In this document: positions 30,607 through 42,014 of the stretch, piece after piece
Numbering within the stretch: the stretch's first letter is position 1
Layout: the number at the start of each line of letters is the position of its first letter
DNA from: Pseudomonadota bacterium
GTDB taxonomy: Bacteria > Pseudomonadota > Gammaproteobacteria > Pseudomonadales > JADFDG01
DNA length: 64,000 nt
Reading direction: 5' to 3'
Assembly: GCA_049324495.1 (NCBI GenBank)
Contig: JBMOOP010000110.1
Span: 26,027-90,026 of the forward strand
Position numbers and translations under genes: made by a program
The notes under the pieces: generated by a model
Told to the model about the DNA's origin: nothing
The model's database searches: none
What the model saw: only the letters and a program-made list of their open reading frames with translations

Positions 30607-30906
30607 GGCAGGAGGTCTCCGGCGGCGAGCTTTGAAGAATGCGACGGGGAAGGGCCGCGTGCAGTGCGCAGGGTACCGGAAGTGAGGGTGATTTGCCGAC
30701 TCGGCTGTGGTGCCTTGTGCCTGTGACATTAACTTTACTGCCGGTGCGGGCGAAATCCGGGTCACGCCGGGGTTGGAATTTGGGCACTGTTGCCGGCAGT
30801 CCGGGTCGGCGTCGCAGACGCCGCCGAGCAGTTGGGCGTCGCACCCGGCCTGCTCTACACCTGGCCATGCTTTCCCGACCGGCACAGACACCACCGGCAA
30901 TCTATT

Positions 30907-31116
30907 TCAGATCAATTCCAGACTCTTTTTGCCACCCAGGACAGCATCCGCAGAAATTCGATGATCCATACGAAGCAGCCCATTTTCCGTAATGGGGCAA
31001 GTAACAAAACTCTTTTTTCCCACCCGAGCGAACCACGCATGTGCCTCTTCGTGCTGCACATGTGCAGGATCAACAAGCGCAATCAGGACATTCACATCCA
31101 GTAGGTAAGTGGTCAC
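30907..31116 (-). pseudogene. vapC: truncated PIN-domain VapC toxin
   Basis: N-terminus TTYLLDVNVLIALVDPAHVQHEEAHAWFARVGKKSFVTCPITENGLLR is VapC-like, but the ORF stops at 69 aa where about 130 are expected. The C-terminal acidic residues are missing. Confidence 0.6.
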
Positions 31117-31229
31117 GCCTGCTCATCCCGCAACTGATTGATGAGTTCAAGCGTGACAGGTGAACCACTGGTACCCGCCGCCAGCGCAGGCACCCCATTT
31201 CGGACAGGCTTTGCTGACCGGGAACCCAT
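31113..31229 (-). pseudogene. short (38-aa) remnant of the cognate antitoxin
   Basis: MGSRSAKPVRNGVPALAAGTSGSPVTLELINQLRDEQA. Its TGA overlaps the vapC GTG (GTGA), the classic TA coupling. Too short for a DNA-binding antitoxin. Confidence 0.4.
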
Positions 31230-31288
31230 GCTGATGAGCAGAAAACTCCAACCCGGCAGGCGAATGGCCTGACGGGGCGGCGCTGGAC

Positions 31289-32743
31289 TCAAACAAAATG
31301 CGGGGCGAAGTGATCGCGCCAGGCATCCGGTGTCTGTGCGCGCAACGCGCTGACCAGGGTGCGTGCCAGTACGGCGCCGCGCGGCCCGGCACGATGCAGT
31401 GCGCAGAGGTCGCTGCCGTCGATATCACCAGCGAGCGTGCCGCCGGCGCGGGCCAGTGCGTCCGTCAGTGCCGCAATCGCGTCGCGTGCCGCGCGCGTGC
31501 CGCTGCAGTTCAGCCATGCGGTGACATGACGGAACAGCAAGGCAGGTGCCTGGTGAATATCGTCGCTGTTCGGCGTCGCCAGCACATGCGCAGCCAGGCG
31601 CCGGGCTGCCGCATCGAGCATGCCGTCACAGAAAGCTGGCTCGTTGGTGAGCACAACGGGAATCTGCGTCGGCAGCCAGTCGCGCCAGGCAATCAGTGCA
31701 AAGCGCAGCAGCCCTTCGCCGAGGATGCCGTGGCGCGGTAATGCTGCGAGGCGCGATAGTGCGCGCTGCACATCATCGGGCGATCGCGCAGCAGCACAGG
31801 CGACCAGCCCCAACTCGGCCAGCTCGGCGCCGGCAATCAACCGCTCGCGCACGTCGTCGCTGCATGCAAGGCGGCCGCTGCCATTAGCGAGTGCCGTCAC
31901 GATGCGGGCGCGGAATGCTGGCGTCGAGGCGGCGCTGATGAACAAGGTATCGACATCGACATGGTCGAGCTTACCGTGGGCAAGATTTTCCAGGGCGCGA
32001 TCGAAGAACAACGGATCGAACGCCGGCGATGGCGGCCGCGATGCGGCGAGGGCTTCCGGATCAAGAAAAAATTCCGCCATGCCCGACGTAAACAGCAAAA
32101 CGCGCCGCAGTGCGGTCGGCAGCCCGCGAAATGCATCGTAGTCAAGGCGCGGGTGGCCGGCGTCGCCGGTTATCAGTTTCTGCACGAGGCGGACATGACG
32201 CAGCAGTGCGGCACGGCCTTCGTCCTGCGCGGCGGCAAATTTCAGCAGACGTAGCGTCGATGCTGCCGTTGTCAGCGTACCGGTTTTGGCCAGTTGCGCG
32301 GCCTGCAGTGCCAGCAGGGTATCGGTTTCGACGGGCGCGATTTCCGGTAGCCGGGCGGCCGGCAGCGTGCCATCGCGCAGTAGCCGCCAGTGCGCTGCGA
32401 CCGGCGCGGATGCGTTGTCGAGTAGTGCGCGCCGTGTCGCCAGTAATCCGGTTGTTGGCGTATTGCGTTCGGCGTAACGCAGTGCCAACCAGAGCAGAGG
32501 AAGCTCGGTTTCGCTGCTGGCGGCAATCAGGTCGTTAAGGAATTTACCAAACGTCTGACGACGGTTTTTCGCGGCGTCACGCAGCAGTTCGCCGACGGTG
32601 CCTGCATAAAGTGCGAGTGCATCACGGGCGCGCGCCATCGCATCCGGCCGCGACCAGTCGATGCGGGCGGTCACGGCGACGAGCCGCGCCGCGCCGTAGC
32701 CGTGGTCCTGCAGGAACGTTTTCTCAGCGCGCGGCGTTGGCAT
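31289..32743 (-). CDS. hypothetical Ala/Leu/Arg-rich cytoplasmic protein (484 aa), no motif recognised
   Basis: Longest ORF in any frame here, with GC3-rich codon usage like its neighbours. No signal peptide, P-loop or nuclease motif seen. Start overlaps the maeB 3' end by 20 nt; ATG 32638 is an alternative. Confidence 0.6.
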   Translation of the reverse strand: MPTPRAEKTFLQDHGYGAARLVAVTARIDWSRPDAMARARDALALYAGTVGELLRDAAKNRRQTFGKFLNDLIAASSETELPLLWLALRYAERNTPTTGLLATRRALLDNASAPVAAHWRLLRDGTLPAARLPEIAPVETDTLLALQAAQLAKTGTLTTAASTLRLLKFAAAQDEGRAALLRHVRLVQKLITGDAGHPRLDYDAFRGLPTALRRVLLFTSGMAEFFLDPEALAASRPPSPAFDPLFFDRALENLAHGKLDHVDVDTLFISAASTPAFRARIVTALANGSGRLACSDDVRERLIAGAELAELGLVACAAARSPDDVQRALSRLAALPRHGILGEGLLRFALIAWRDWLPTQIPVVLTNEPAFCDGMLDAAARRLAAHVLATPNSDDIHQAPALLFRHVTAWLNCSGTRAARDAIAALTDALARAGGTLAGDIDGSDLCALHRAGPRGAVLARTLVSALRAQTPDAWRDHFAPHFV

Positions 32744-35018
32744 CGGCGACGGTCACCGCGGTCATGTTGATGATCCGCCGCACGGTCGCCGACGGCGTCA
32801 GGATGTGTACCGGCTTTGCCGCGCCCAGCAACAGCGGGCCGATGGCGATGCCGCCGCCAGCCGCGGTTTTCAGCAGGTTGTAGGCGATGTTGGCGGCATC
32901 CAGGTTGGGCAGCACCAGCAGGTTGGCGTCGCCTTCCAGAGTCGAGGTTGGCATGAGCTTTTTGCGATAGACACCGTCGAGCGCCGCGTCGCCGTGCATT
33001 TCGCCGTCAACTTCCAGCCAGGGGGCGGTGCCCTGCAGAATGGCCAGCGCCTCGCGCATCTTCACTGCCGATGGCTGATTGCTGGTACCGAAATTGCTAT
33101 GCGAGAGCAGTGCCGCTTTCGGGTGCAGGCCGAAGCGCATCATTTCCTCGGCGGCCATCACCGCGATCTCGGCAATCTGTTCGGCAGTCGGATCGTAATT
33201 GACGTGTGTGTCAACCAGCATTACCTGCCGATTCGGCAGGATCAGGCCGTTCATGCAGGCGTAGGTTTTTGCGCCTTCGCGCAGGCCAATTGCCTGATCG
33301 ATGTAGTGCAGATGCAACGGCGTGGTGCCCCAGGTGCCGCAGATCTGACCGTCGACGACGCCTTTGCGCAGCAGCATGGCGCCGATCAGTGTCGTGCGGC
33401 GGCGCATCTCGATCATCGCGTGTTGCTCGGTGATGCCCTTGCGCGCGGTGATACGGTGGTATTCGCGCCAGTATTCGTCGTAGCGATCGTCTTTTTCTAT
33501 GTTGACGATGTCGTAGTCACGGCCGACTTCCAGACGCAAACCGAACTTGGCGATGCGATGGGAAATCACGGCGGGCCGGCCAATCAGTGTCGGTCGCGCC
33601 AGGTTTTCGTCGACCACTACCTGGACGGCACGCAGTACGCGCTCATCCTCGCCTTCGGAATAGGCAACGCGTTTTTTCGTTGATTGCTTGGCGAGCATGA
33701 AGATCGGCTTCATCGTTGCGCCGGAGGCATAGACGAAGGTTTGCAGTTTGTCGCGATAGGCATCCAGGTCGGTGATCGGGCGTGCCGCCACGCCGGAATC
33801 GGCGGCAGCCTGCGCCACGGCTGGCGCGATTCTCATCATCAGTCGCGGGTCGAAGGGTTTCGGAATCAGGTAGTCGCGCCCGAAGGTCAGTGACGTATCG
33901 GCATAGGCCGCTGCCACGACTTCATTCTGCTCAGCCTGCGCCAGCTGGGCTATGGCATGCACGGCTGCTATTTCCATTTCCGATGTAATGGTAGTGGCAC
34001 CGCAATCGAGGGCGCCGCGGAAAATGTACGGGAAGCACAGGACGTTGTTGACCTGGTTCGGGTAGTCGGTACGGCCGGTAGCAATGATGGCGTCGCTACG
34101 CACGGCGAGCACTTCGTCTGGCAGTATCTCTGGCGTCGGATTGGCAAGCGCAAACACCAGCGGCGATGCGTTCATGGTTTTCAGCATGTGCGGTTTCAGT
34201 ACGCCGCCCGCGCTTAAGCCAAGGAAAATATCGGCACCGCCCAGCGCTTCTGCCAGGGTGCGCTGGGCGGTTTTCTGCGCGAAGACTGCCTTGTCTTCAT
34301 CCATCAGCTCGGCACGGCCTTCATAGACAAGCCCGGCAAGATCGGTCGCCCAGATGTTCTCACGCGGCACGCCGAGTTTCACCAGCAGGCCAAGACAGGC
34401 AAGCGCGGCGGCGCCGGCGCCGGAGGTGACGAGCTTTACTTTTTTGATGTCTTTCCCGGTGATCTTGATGCCGTTCAATACAGCGGCACCGACGACGATC
34501 GCCGTACCGTGCTGGTCGTCGTGAAACACCGGAATTTTCATCCGCGCACGCAACTGGCGTTCGACGTAGAAACAATCCGGCGCTTTGATGTCCTCGAGGT
34601 TGACGCCACCGAAAGTGGGTTCCAGCGCGGCGATGGTGTCGACCAATTTGTCGAGATTCGATTCCTGCAATTCGAGATCGAAGACATCAATGCCGGCAAA
34701 TTTTTTGAACAGCACGGCCTTGCCTTCCATCACCGGTTTGGCGGCGAGCGGCCCGATGTTGCCGAGGCCCAATACCGCAGTGCCATTGGTGATGACGGCC
34801 ACCAGGTTGCCGCGCGAGGTGTAGCGGAATGCGTTGGCCGGATCGGCGACGATCTCCTCGCAGGCGGCGGCGACGCCCGGCGAATACGCCATGGCGAGAT
34901 CATGCTGGTTGACCAGTTGCTTGGTTGCCGTAATGGCGAGTTTTCCGGGCGTGGGAAACTCGTGGTATTCGAGCGCGGCGCGCCGCAATTCTGCGCGTTT
35001 GTCGTCGTTGTCGGGCAT
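32724..35018 (-). CDS. maeB: NADP-dependent malic enzyme with C-terminal phosphotransacetylase-like domain
   Basis: [35 protein letters not shown]..., full-length MaeB-like (764 aa). The ORF-track 905-aa version carries a spurious extension. Confidence 0.93.
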   Translation of the reverse strand: MPDNDDKRAELRRAALEYHEFPTPGKLAITATKQLVNQHDLAMAYSPGVAAACEEIVADPANAFRYTSRGNLVAVITNGTAVLGLGNIGPLAAKPVMEGKAVLFKKFAGIDVFDLELQESNLDKLVDTIAALEPTFGGVNLEDIKAPDCFYVERQLRARMKIPVFHDDQHGTAIVVGAAVLNGIKITGKDIKKVKLVTSGAGAAALACLGLLVKLGVPRENIWATDLAGLVYEGRAELMDEDKAVFAQKTAQRTLAEALGGADIFLGLSAGGVLKPHMLKTMNASPLVFALANPTPEILPDEVLAVRSDAIIATGRTDYPNQVNNVLCFPYIFRGALDCGATTITSEMEIAAVHAIAQLAQAEQNEVVAAAYADTSLTFGRDYLIPKPFDPRLMMRIAPAVAQAAADSGVAARPITDLDAYRDKLQTFVYASGATMKPIFMLAKQSTKKRVAYSEGEDERVLRAVQVVVDENLARPTLIGRPAVISHRIAKFGLRLEVGRDYDIVNIEKDDRYDEYWREYHRITARKGITEQHAMIEMRRRTTLIGAMLLRKGVVDGQICGTWGTTPLHLHYIDQAIGLREGAKTYACMNGLILPNRQVMLVDTHVNYDPTAEQIAEIAVMAAEEMMRFGLHPKAALLSHSNFGTSNQPSAVKMREALAILQGTAPWLEVDGEMHGDAALDGVYRKKLMPTSTLEGDANLLVLPNLDAANIAYNLLKTAAGGGIAIGPLLLGAAKPVHILTPSATVRRIINMTAVTVADANAAR

Positions 35019-35234
35019 GGCGTGGATAGCTCGCAGGGCGTGGTGGCCGGGTTGATGGATCCTGATGGAAACGCACTTGATTGTAGGGGCGGCGCACCAC
35101 TGCGGGCCAATGGCAGTGTGCAGACCGTGGTGCAGAGAGTCATTCGCAGGTGGCCGGCAGTCTGATTGCCCCCCCGGTACCCTTCGGGGACAATGGCGGC
35201 CCCCGGCCATACCCCGCCCCAGGAGCCCAGTCCG

Positions 35235-37244
35235 ATGCCCGCAACGCCCAGTCGCCGAGAGCTTGCCAACGCCATCCGTGCCCTGAGCATGGATGCGGTT
35301 CAAAAGGCGAAATCCGGGCACCCCGGCATGCCGATGGGCATGGCCGACATCGCCGAGGTGCTGTGGCGCGATTATCTCGCCCACAACCCGGCCAATCCGC
35401 ACTGGGTCAATCGCGACCGCTTCGTGCTCTCGAATGGCCACGGTTCAATGCTGTTGTATTCGCTGCTGCATCTGACCGGTTACGACGTGTCACTCGATGA
35501 TCTGAAAAATTTCCGTCAGCTGCATTCGAAAACGCCGGGCCACCCGGAATATGGCTACACGCCGGGCATCGAGACGACGACCGGCCCACTCGGCCAGGGA
35601 CTTGCCAACGCCGTCGGCATGGCCATCGCAGAAAAAACGCTGGCGGCGCAGTTCAATCGCGACGGCCTGAACATCGTCGACCACCACACCTATGTATTCG
35701 TTGGCGACGGTTGCCTGATGGAAGGCATCTCGCACGAAGTCTGTTCGCTCGCTGGAACCCTCGGCCTGGGCAAACTGATCGTTTTTTATGATGACAACGG
35801 CATTTCGATTGACGGCGAAGTGCACGGCTGGTTCACCGATGACACGCCGGCGCGTTTCCGCGCCTACGGCTGGCAGGTGATCCCGAATGTCGATGGCCAC
35901 GACACGCAGGAACTGCAAACTGCGATCAATACCGCGCGTACCAATACCGGGCAGCCAACACTGATTTGCTGCAAGACGATCATCGGTTTCGGTGCGCCGA
36001 CCAAGGCCGGCAAGGAAGAGTGTCACGGGTCGCCCCTGGGCGATGAAGAGATCAAGGGTGCGCGCGAGAAACTGGGTTGGAAATTTGCGCCGTTTGAGAT
36101 TCCCGCCAACATTGCCGCCGCCTGGAATGCGCATGATGCCGGCGCAAAACGCGAGGCAACCTGGAATGGGCTGTTCGAGCAGTACAGGACGAAAAATCCG
36201 GCGCTGGCTGCCGAGTTCGTGCGACGCATGCGCAACGAACTGCCGGCCGGCTGGCACGAGAAGGCCAATGCGTTCATCCGCGATGTCGCCGTCAAGGGCG
36301 AAACGATTGCCACCCGCAAGGCCTCACAGAATGCACTCAACGGCTTCGGTGCGCTGCTGCCGGAACTGCTCGGGGGCTCGGCCGATCTCGCCGGCTCTAA
36401 CCTGACGATCTGGAAGGGCTCGAGGGGCATTACCCACGACGACGCCAGCGGTAATTATCTTTATTACGGCGTGCGCGAATTCGGCATGACCGCGATCTGC
36501 AACGGCCTTGCCCTGCACGGCGGGTTTATTCCCTATGGCGCGACATTTTTGATTTTTATGGAATACGCGCGCAACGCCATGCGCATGGCAGCGCTGATGA
36601 GGCAGCGTAATATCCAGGTGTATACGCACGATTCGATTGGCCTGGGCGAAGACGGCCCGACCCACCAGCCGGTCGAGCAGTTGGCCAATTTGCGGCTCAC
36701 GCCGAATATGAGTGTGTGGCGCCCGGCGGACGCAGTGGAGTCGGCGGTAGCGTGGAAGGCAGCGATCGAGCGCAAGACCGGGCCGACGGCGCTGGTTTTT
36801 TCGCGACAGAACCTGCCGCATATACCCCGTAGCGAAACCGCGCTCGCCAACATTGCTCGCGGCGGTTATGTCGTTGAGCCATACAATGCGGCGAATCCGG
36901 ATGCGATCATCATCGCCACCGGTTCGGAAGTGGAACTGGCAATGGCGGCGGCGAAAGTGCTCGGTGAAAAGGGCCGCCATGTGCGCGTTGTGTCGATGCC
37001 GTCCGCCGACGTGTTTGATGCGCAGGAAGCCGCTTACCGCGAATCGGTGTTGCCAAAATCCTGCCGTGTGCGCGTCGCTGTTGAGGCAGGCATCAAGGAA
37101 TACTGGCGCCGTTATGTTGGCCTGGATGGCGCGATCGTCGGCATGGAATCGTTCGGTGAATCAGCACCGGCCGCGCAGCTGTTCCAGCATTTTGGCATCA
37201 CCACGGCGGCGGTCGTCGCCGCCGTTGAGGGCTTGCCGGGATGA
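35235..37244 (+). CDS. tktA: transketolase
   Basis: [30 protein letters not shown], ThDP motif [12 protein letters not shown]. Confidence 0.95.
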   Translation: MPATPSRRELANAIRALSMDAVQKAKSGHPGMPMGMADIAEVLWRDYLAHNPANPHWVNRDRFVLSNGHGSMLLYSLLHLTGYDVSLDDLKNFRQLHSKTPGHPEYGYTPGIETTTGPLGQGLANAVGMAIAEKTLAAQFNRDGLNIVDHHTYVFVGDGCLMEGISHEVCSLAGTLGLGKLIVFYDDNGISIDGEVHGWFTDDTPARFRAYGWQVIPNVDGHDTQELQTAINTARTNTGQPTLICCKTIIGFGAPTKAGKEECHGSPLGDEEIKGAREKLGWKFAPFEIPANIAAAWNAHDAGAKREATWNGLFEQYRTKNPALAAEFVRRMRNELPAGWHEKANAFIRDVAVKGETIATRKASQNALNGFGALLPELLGGSADLAGSNLTIWKGSRGITHDDASGNYLYYGVREFGMTAICNGLALHGGFIPYGATFLIFMEYARNAMRMAALMRQRNIQVYTHDSIGLGEDGPTHQPVEQLANLRLTPNMSVWRPADAVESAVAWKAAIERKTGPTALVFSRQNLPHIPRSETALANIARGGYVVEPYNAANPDAIIIATGSEVELAMAAAKVLGEKGRHVRVVSMPSADVFDAQEAAYRESVLPKSCRVRVAVEAGIKEYWRRYVGLDGAIVGMESFGESAPAAQLFQHFGITTAAVVAAVEGLPG

Positions 37245-38251
37245 CCGGACGGGCATTGCGCATCGCGATCAACGGCTACGGCCGCATCGGGCGCAATGTG
37301 TTGCGGGCGCTGCATGAGCGCGGCGAGTACGGTGTTGAAATCGTCGCGATCAACGAGACAGGCCGTGCTGATGCGATTGCACACCTGACGCGCCACGATT
37401 CCACGCACGGGCCGTTCAGTGGTGAGGTTGCCCTGGAAGAAGGCTGCCTCATCGTCAATGGCAAACGCATTGCGCTGTCCGCAATTGCCGATCCCGCCGA
37501 GTGCCCGTGGTATAAGCTGAACGTTGATCTCGTGCTTGAATGCACCGGAGCGTTTCGGGCGCGTGCCGATGCCGCGCGACATCTTGTTGCCGGTGCACAG
37601 CGTGTGGTGATCGGCGCGGTTGGTTTCGATGAGCCGGACGCCACGGTGGTCTACGGCATCAATCACACAACGCTGACTGCCGACCAGCATGTCATCTCGG
37701 CGTCATCCTGCACCACGCACTGTTTGGCGCCGGTGCTGTCGGTTCTCAATGACGCGTTTGGCGTTGAGCGCGTGCTGATGACCGAGATCCATGCCAGCAC
37801 ATCGGATCAGCACCTGCTTGACCATGTGCACCGCGACTTGCGCCGCGCCCGCGCTGCCGGCCAAAGCATTATCCCGACCACATCGAGCAGCATCGGCGCC
37901 GTGCAAAAAGTGTTGCCGTGGCTGGCAGGCCGCATCACCGGCTACTCGGTGCGCGTGCCGACGCAGAATGTTGCACTGGTCGATCTTAGCGTCGAGTTGC
38001 GCACACCGCCGACCGCACAGGCGATCAACGCGCTGTTCAAGCGGGCAAGCGGCGGCGAGTGGCGGGGCCTTGTCGGTTACAACGATGAGCCATTGGTCAG
38101 CATCGATTTCAACCATCGGCGTGAATCGGCGATTTTCGATTCCACGGAAACGCACCTGCTCGGAAATCTCGCCAAATTGATGGTTTGGTATGACAACGAG
38201 TGGGGATATGCGAACAGGTTGGTTGATTTGTGCGTCGCGTTGCGCAAGTGA
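37241..38251 (+). CDS. glyceraldehyde-3-P / erythrose-4-P dehydrogenase family protein
   Basis: [15 protein letters not shown], active site [11 protein letters not shown]. Its position between tkt and pgk is where epd sits in Pseudomonas. Substrate cannot be resolved from sequence alone. Confidence 0.88.
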   Translation: MTGRALRIAINGYGRIGRNVLRALHERGEYGVEIVAINETGRADAIAHLTRHDSTHGPFSGEVALEEGCLIVNGKRIALSAIADPAECPWYKLNVDLVLECTGAFRARADAARHLVAGAQRVVIGAVGFDEPDATVVYGINHTTLTADQHVISASSCTTHCLAPVLSVLNDAFGVERVLMTEIHASTSDQHLLDHVHRDLRRARAAGQSIIPTTSSSIGAVQKVLPWLAGRITGYSVRVPTQNVALVDLSVELRTPPTAQAINALFKRASGGEWRGLVGYNDEPLVSIDFNHRRESAIFDSTETHLLGNLAKLMVWYDNEWGYANRLVDLCVALRK

Positions 38252-38276
38252 ATGGTAATTCAATCAGGAACCGAGC

Positions 38277-39464
38277 ATGTCCATCATAAAAATGTCTGAT
38301 CTTGACCTCAAAGGAAAGCGCGTTTTGATTCGCGAGGATCTCAACGTACCGGTGAAAAACGGCAAGGTTGCGTCGGATGCGCGCATTCTGGCCTCGCTGC
38401 CCACCATCAGGCTGGCGCTGGAAAAAAGTGCGGCGGTGATGGTGATGTCTCATCTTGGTCGTCCGGAGGAGGGTGTATTCAGCGAGGAGAACTCGATGCA
38501 GCCGGTCGCCGACTATCTGGAAAAGGCGCTGGGCCGGAACGTACCGCTGCTGAAGGAGTATCTCGGCGGTGTTGACGTAAAACCGGGCGAGATCGTGCTG
38601 TTCGAAAACGTGCGCTTCAACAGGGGCGAGAAGAAGAACAAGGACGAGCTGGCGCAGCAGTATGCCGCGCTGTGCGACGTGTTCGTGATGGATGCCTTCG
38701 GCACCGCGCACCGTGCCGAAGGTTCGACGCATGGCGTGGCGAAGTTCGCGAAGATTGCTTGCGCCGGTCCGTTGCTGGCCGCCGAACTGGAAGCACTGGG
38801 CAAGGCGCTGAAGACGCCGGCGCGGCCGATGGTAGCCATCGTCGCCGGCTCCAAGGTATCGACCAAGCTGGACGTACTCACCTCGCTGACCGGCATCTGC
38901 GATCAACTGATCGTCGGCGGCGGCATCGCCAACACCTTTCTGGCGGCGGCCGGCTACAAAGTCGGCAAGTCGCTGTGCGAACACGACCTGATCGACACCG
39001 CGAAGCAGATCGCCTTGAAAGTGAAGGTGCCGCTGCCGGTGGATGTCGTCGTCGCGAAGCTGCCGGACGGCGACGATTTCATGGCACGCGTGGCCGCGTC
39101 GAAGGCCGTGGTGAAGAAAGTGACGGACATCGCCGACGACGAGATGATTCTCGATGTCGGCCCCGAAACGGCGAAGCAGTTCGCCGGCCTGCTGCAGAGC
39201 GCGAAAACCATTTTGTGGAACGGCCCGGTCGGCGTGTTCGAGGCAGACCAGTTCGGCAACGGCACGAAGATGCTGTCGGAAGCGATTGCCGCGTCGAGCG
39301 CGTTCTCGATCGCCGGCGGCGGCGACACGCTGGCGGCGATCGACAAGTACGGTGTCGCCGACCGCATCGGCTACATCTCGACCGGCGGCGGCGCGTTCCT
39401 GGAATTCGTCGAAGGCAAGGTGCTGCCGGCGGTTGAAATTCTGCAGCAGCGGGCAAAGGGATAA
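38277..39464 (+). CDS. pgk: phosphoglycerate kinase
   Basis: [16 protein letters not shown], full-length Pgk-like. Confidence 0.95.
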   Translation: MSIIKMSDLDLKGKRVLIREDLNVPVKNGKVASDARILASLPTIRLALEKSAAVMVMSHLGRPEEGVFSEENSMQPVADYLEKALGRNVPLLKEYLGGVDVKPGEIVLFENVRFNRGEKKNKDELAQQYAALCDVFVMDAFGTAHRAEGSTHGVAKFAKIACAGPLLAAELEALGKALKTPARPMVAIVAGSKVSTKLDVLTSLTGICDQLIVGGGIANTFLAAAGYKVGKSLCEHDLIDTAKQIALKVKVPLPVDVVVAKLPDGDDFMARVAASKAVVKKVTDIADDEMILDVGPETAKQFAGLLQSAKTILWNGPVGVFEADQFGNGTKMLSEAIAASSAFSIAGGGDTLAAIDKYGVADRIGYISTGGGAFLEFVEGKVLPAVEILQQRAKG

Positions 39465-39469
39465 TCGAT

Positions 39470-39850
39470 ATGCGCGCAGGGATGTTCGTGGCGACCATGC
39501 TGGCTTCGGTGCTGGCGCAGGCCGGCGATGGTCTCGACCCGGCCATGAACGGCGACTACCGCTGCGATGGCGGCGTGACGTTCAGTGCGAAGGTGAAGAT
39601 CGCGCCGGACGTGAAGTCGGAGGTTGTTTTCTCCCCCGTAGGCGCCTCGACGACCGGCAGCACCGAGAATGACAGCGGTGCGCGGATGCGGGACAGCATC
39701 CGCGGCACGCGTTACTACGGCGTCCATGTCCGCCATGAGGGCAGGAAGTACAAGCTCTACCCGGTGGATGGCGAGGCGAACGTCTACACTGACAACAACG
39801 GAAAATTCAGGTGGTTCTGGTCGATGGCAGTGCTCCTTACGCCAGCCTGA
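39470..39850 (+). CDS. small secreted hypothetical protein (126 aa)
   Basis: Signal peptide MRAGMFVATMLASVLAQA. Wedged between pgk and fba. No family recognised. Confidence 0.5.
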   Translation: MRAGMFVATMLASVLAQAGDGLDPAMNGDYRCDGGVTFSAKVKIAPDVKSEVVFSPVGASTTGSTENDSGARMRDSIRGTRYYGVHVRHEGRKYKLYPVDGEANVYTDNNGKFRWFWSMAVLLTPA

Positions 39851-39924
39851 TCATGGGCCCCGATGGCAAGACCGTGAACAATTGCCGCCAGGCGGCAGCC
39901 GCGGAAAAACAGTGAGGTAACGAC

Positions 39925-40989
39925 ATGGCACTCATCACCCTGCGTCAATTGCTCGACCACGCGGCTGAAAACAGCTACGGCGTCCCGGCATTCAACGTCA
40001 ACAATCTTGAGCAGATGCGCGCGATCATGGAGGCGGCGCAGAAATGCAACGCGCCGGTGATCGTGCAGGCCTCGGCCGGCGCGCGCAAATACGCCGGCGC
40101 GCCCTTTCTGCGTCACCTGATTCTCGCGGCAATCGAAGAATTTCCGGACATCCCGGTGGTAATGCACCAGGATCACGGCACGTCGCCGGCAATTTGCCAG
40201 CGCTCGATTCAGCTTGGCTTTTCGTCGGTAATGATGGATGGCTCGCTGGGTGAAGATGGCAAGACGCCGATGGATTACGCCTACAACGCGCGCGTGACGA
40301 AGCAGGCGGTCGAGATGGCGCACGCTTGCGGCGTATCAGTGGAAGGTGAGATTGGTTGCCTGGGTTCGCTGGAATCCGGCATGGCCGGCGAGGAAGACGG
40401 CCATGGCGCGGAGGGAACGCTGGATCACTCACAACTGTTGACCGACCCGGAAGAAGCCGCGCAGTTCGTCAAGGACACCGGCGTCGATGCGCTTGCCATC
40501 GCGATCGGCACGTCGCACGGTGCCTACAAGTTCACCCGGCCGCCGACCGGCGACATCCTCGCCATCGAACGCGTCAAGGAAATCAACCGTCGCATTCCGA
40601 ACACTCACCTGGTGATGCACGGTTCGTCGAGCGTGCCGCAGGACTGGTTGAAAATCATCAACGACAACGGCGGCGACATCAAGGAAACCTACGGGGTGCC
40701 GCTTGAGCAGATCGTCGAAGCTATCAAGCACGGTGTGCGCAAAGTGAACATCGATACCGACTTGCGTCTCGCGTCCACCGGCGCGATACGTCGCCACCTG
40801 GCAAAGAATCCGGCCGAGTTCGATCCGCGCAAGTACCTGAAGGATTCAATCACTGCGATGCGCGACATCTGCATCGGGCGTTACGAAGCGTTCGGTTCTG
40901 CCGGCCAGGCCTCGAAGATCAAGGTGGTGTCGCTCGAAAAAATGACCGAGCGTTACGCGAAGGGCGAGTTGGCGCAGAAGGTGAATTGA
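39925..40989 (+). CDS. fba: class II fructose-1,6-bisphosphate aldolase
   Basis: [35 protein letters not shown], 354 aa. Confidence 0.95.
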   Translation: MALITLRQLLDHAAENSYGVPAFNVNNLEQMRAIMEAAQKCNAPVIVQASAGARKYAGAPFLRHLILAAIEEFPDIPVVMHQDHGTSPAICQRSIQLGFSSVMMDGSLGEDGKTPMDYAYNARVTKQAVEMAHACGVSVEGEIGCLGSLESGMAGEEDGHGAEGTLDHSQLLTDPEEAAQFVKDTGVDALAIAIGTSHGAYKFTRPPTGDILAIERVKEINRRIPNTHLVMHGSSSVPQDWLKIINDNGGDIKETYGVPLEQIVEAIKHGVRKVNIDTDLRLASTGAIRRHLAKNPAEFDPRKYLKDSITAMRDICIGRYEAFGSAGQASKIKVVSLEKMTERYAKGELAQKVN

Positions 40990-41026
40990 GCGCACGGGTC
41001 AATACGGCGTTTAAGGGGAAGGCTAT

Positions 41027-42004
41027 ATGTTCGATGTTGCCGCCGCGCGTGCCGCGCTTCTCCCGATCGATTGGGCCGACCCGGCACCCGCCAAAGGGGC
41101 GCTGGTCGATTATGTTCGCCACTACGGGCTTGATTTCGGTGGCCGCATACCCGGCCTGCGCCACGGCCTGGGTTTCATCGACGTCAGTACGCCGCAGCTG
41201 AACGACTACCGCATTGCCGTGCAGTTGTTCCAGGTGCCGGCACCGCGCGGTACGGTTCTCGTCGTGCATGGCTATTACGATCACGTCGGTATATTCGATC
41301 ATGCGATCGAGCATCTGTTGGCACGCGATTTCGATGTTGTCGCATTCGATCTGCCCGGCCACGGTCTTTCCAGCGGTGCGCCTGCAGCCATCGACAGTTT
41401 TATGGAATACCAGCACGCGCTGGATGCAGTGCTCACGGGCATGGTGCAGACCCGGTTGGCGGTCCCGCTATCGGTGCTCGTGCAGAGCACCGGCGGCGCG
41501 ATCATTATGGAGTGGCTATTGCGTGCCGGTTCAAGTACGGCGAGCTCGCCGTTTGCTGCTGTTGTTGCACTGGCGCCGCTGGTGCGCCCGGTGCACTGGA
41601 AGCTGAACCGTGTGCTGTACTACCTGCTGCGGCCGTTCCGTCAGCATATCGCCCGAAAATTCGCGGTAAATTCGCACGATGAGAAATTCCTGCGTTTTCT
41701 GCGTGAAGAAGATCCGCTGCAATCTCGACAGTTATCGACGCGCTGGGTCGGGGCGATGAAACGCTGGATCCCCCACATGGAAAACGCCACGCCCTGTGAT
41801 TACCCGCTCGTTGTCGTGCAGGGCGACGCAGATGGCACGGTCGACTGGCAGCATAACCTGGGCATAATCCGCATGAAATTTCCCCGCGCTTCGGTGAACA
41901 TGATTCCTGCTGCGTATCACCAGCTTGTCAATGAATCCCCTGAATTTCGCGCTCAGGTTTTTGCCGTGCTTGATCAGGTTCTGCCGCGCAGCGATGTCGC
42001 CTGA
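41027..42004 (+). CDS. alpha/beta-hydrolase (lysophospholipase-like)
   Basis: VLVVHGYYDH, nucleophile-elbow-like VQSTGG, late DGTVD and His region. Confidence 0.7.
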   Translation: MFDVAAARAALLPIDWADPAPAKGALVDYVRHYGLDFGGRIPGLRHGLGFIDVSTPQLNDYRIAVQLFQVPAPRGTVLVVHGYYDHVGIFDHAIEHLLARDFDVVAFDLPGHGLSSGAPAAIDSFMEYQHALDAVLTGMVQTRLAVPLSVLVQSTGGAIIMEWLLRAGSSTASSPFAAVVALAPLVRPVHWKLNRVLYYLLRPFRQHIARKFAVNSHDEKFLRFLREEDPLQSRQLSTRWVGAMKRWIPHMENATPCDYPLVVVQGDADGTVDWQHNLGIIRMKFPRASVNMIPAAYHQLVNESPEFRAQVFAVLDQVLPRSDVA

Positions 42005-42014
42005 GGAGTTTCGC

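Noticed and set aside
30607-30900. N-terminal 98-aa extension of the lipoprotein ORF (231-aa version)
   Set aside because: The extension has no start-site support. The internal ATG 30606 has a GGAG RBS and is followed immediately by a signal peptide and lipobox.
35019-35441. 141-aa N-terminal extension of maeB (905-aa version); similar extensions on tktA (35166), pyrB (6448), serA (49007) and dgt (41925)
   Set aside because: The conserved N-termini of these families begin at the internal Met codons. The extensions are compositionally odd or overlap neighbouring genes.
36743-36754. GGCGGTAGCGTG, identical to the RfaH ops consensus as I remember it
   Set aside because: It lies inside tktA coding sequence, 14 kb from the polysaccharide locus, with no JUMPStart context. 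Most likely chance in GC-rich DNA.
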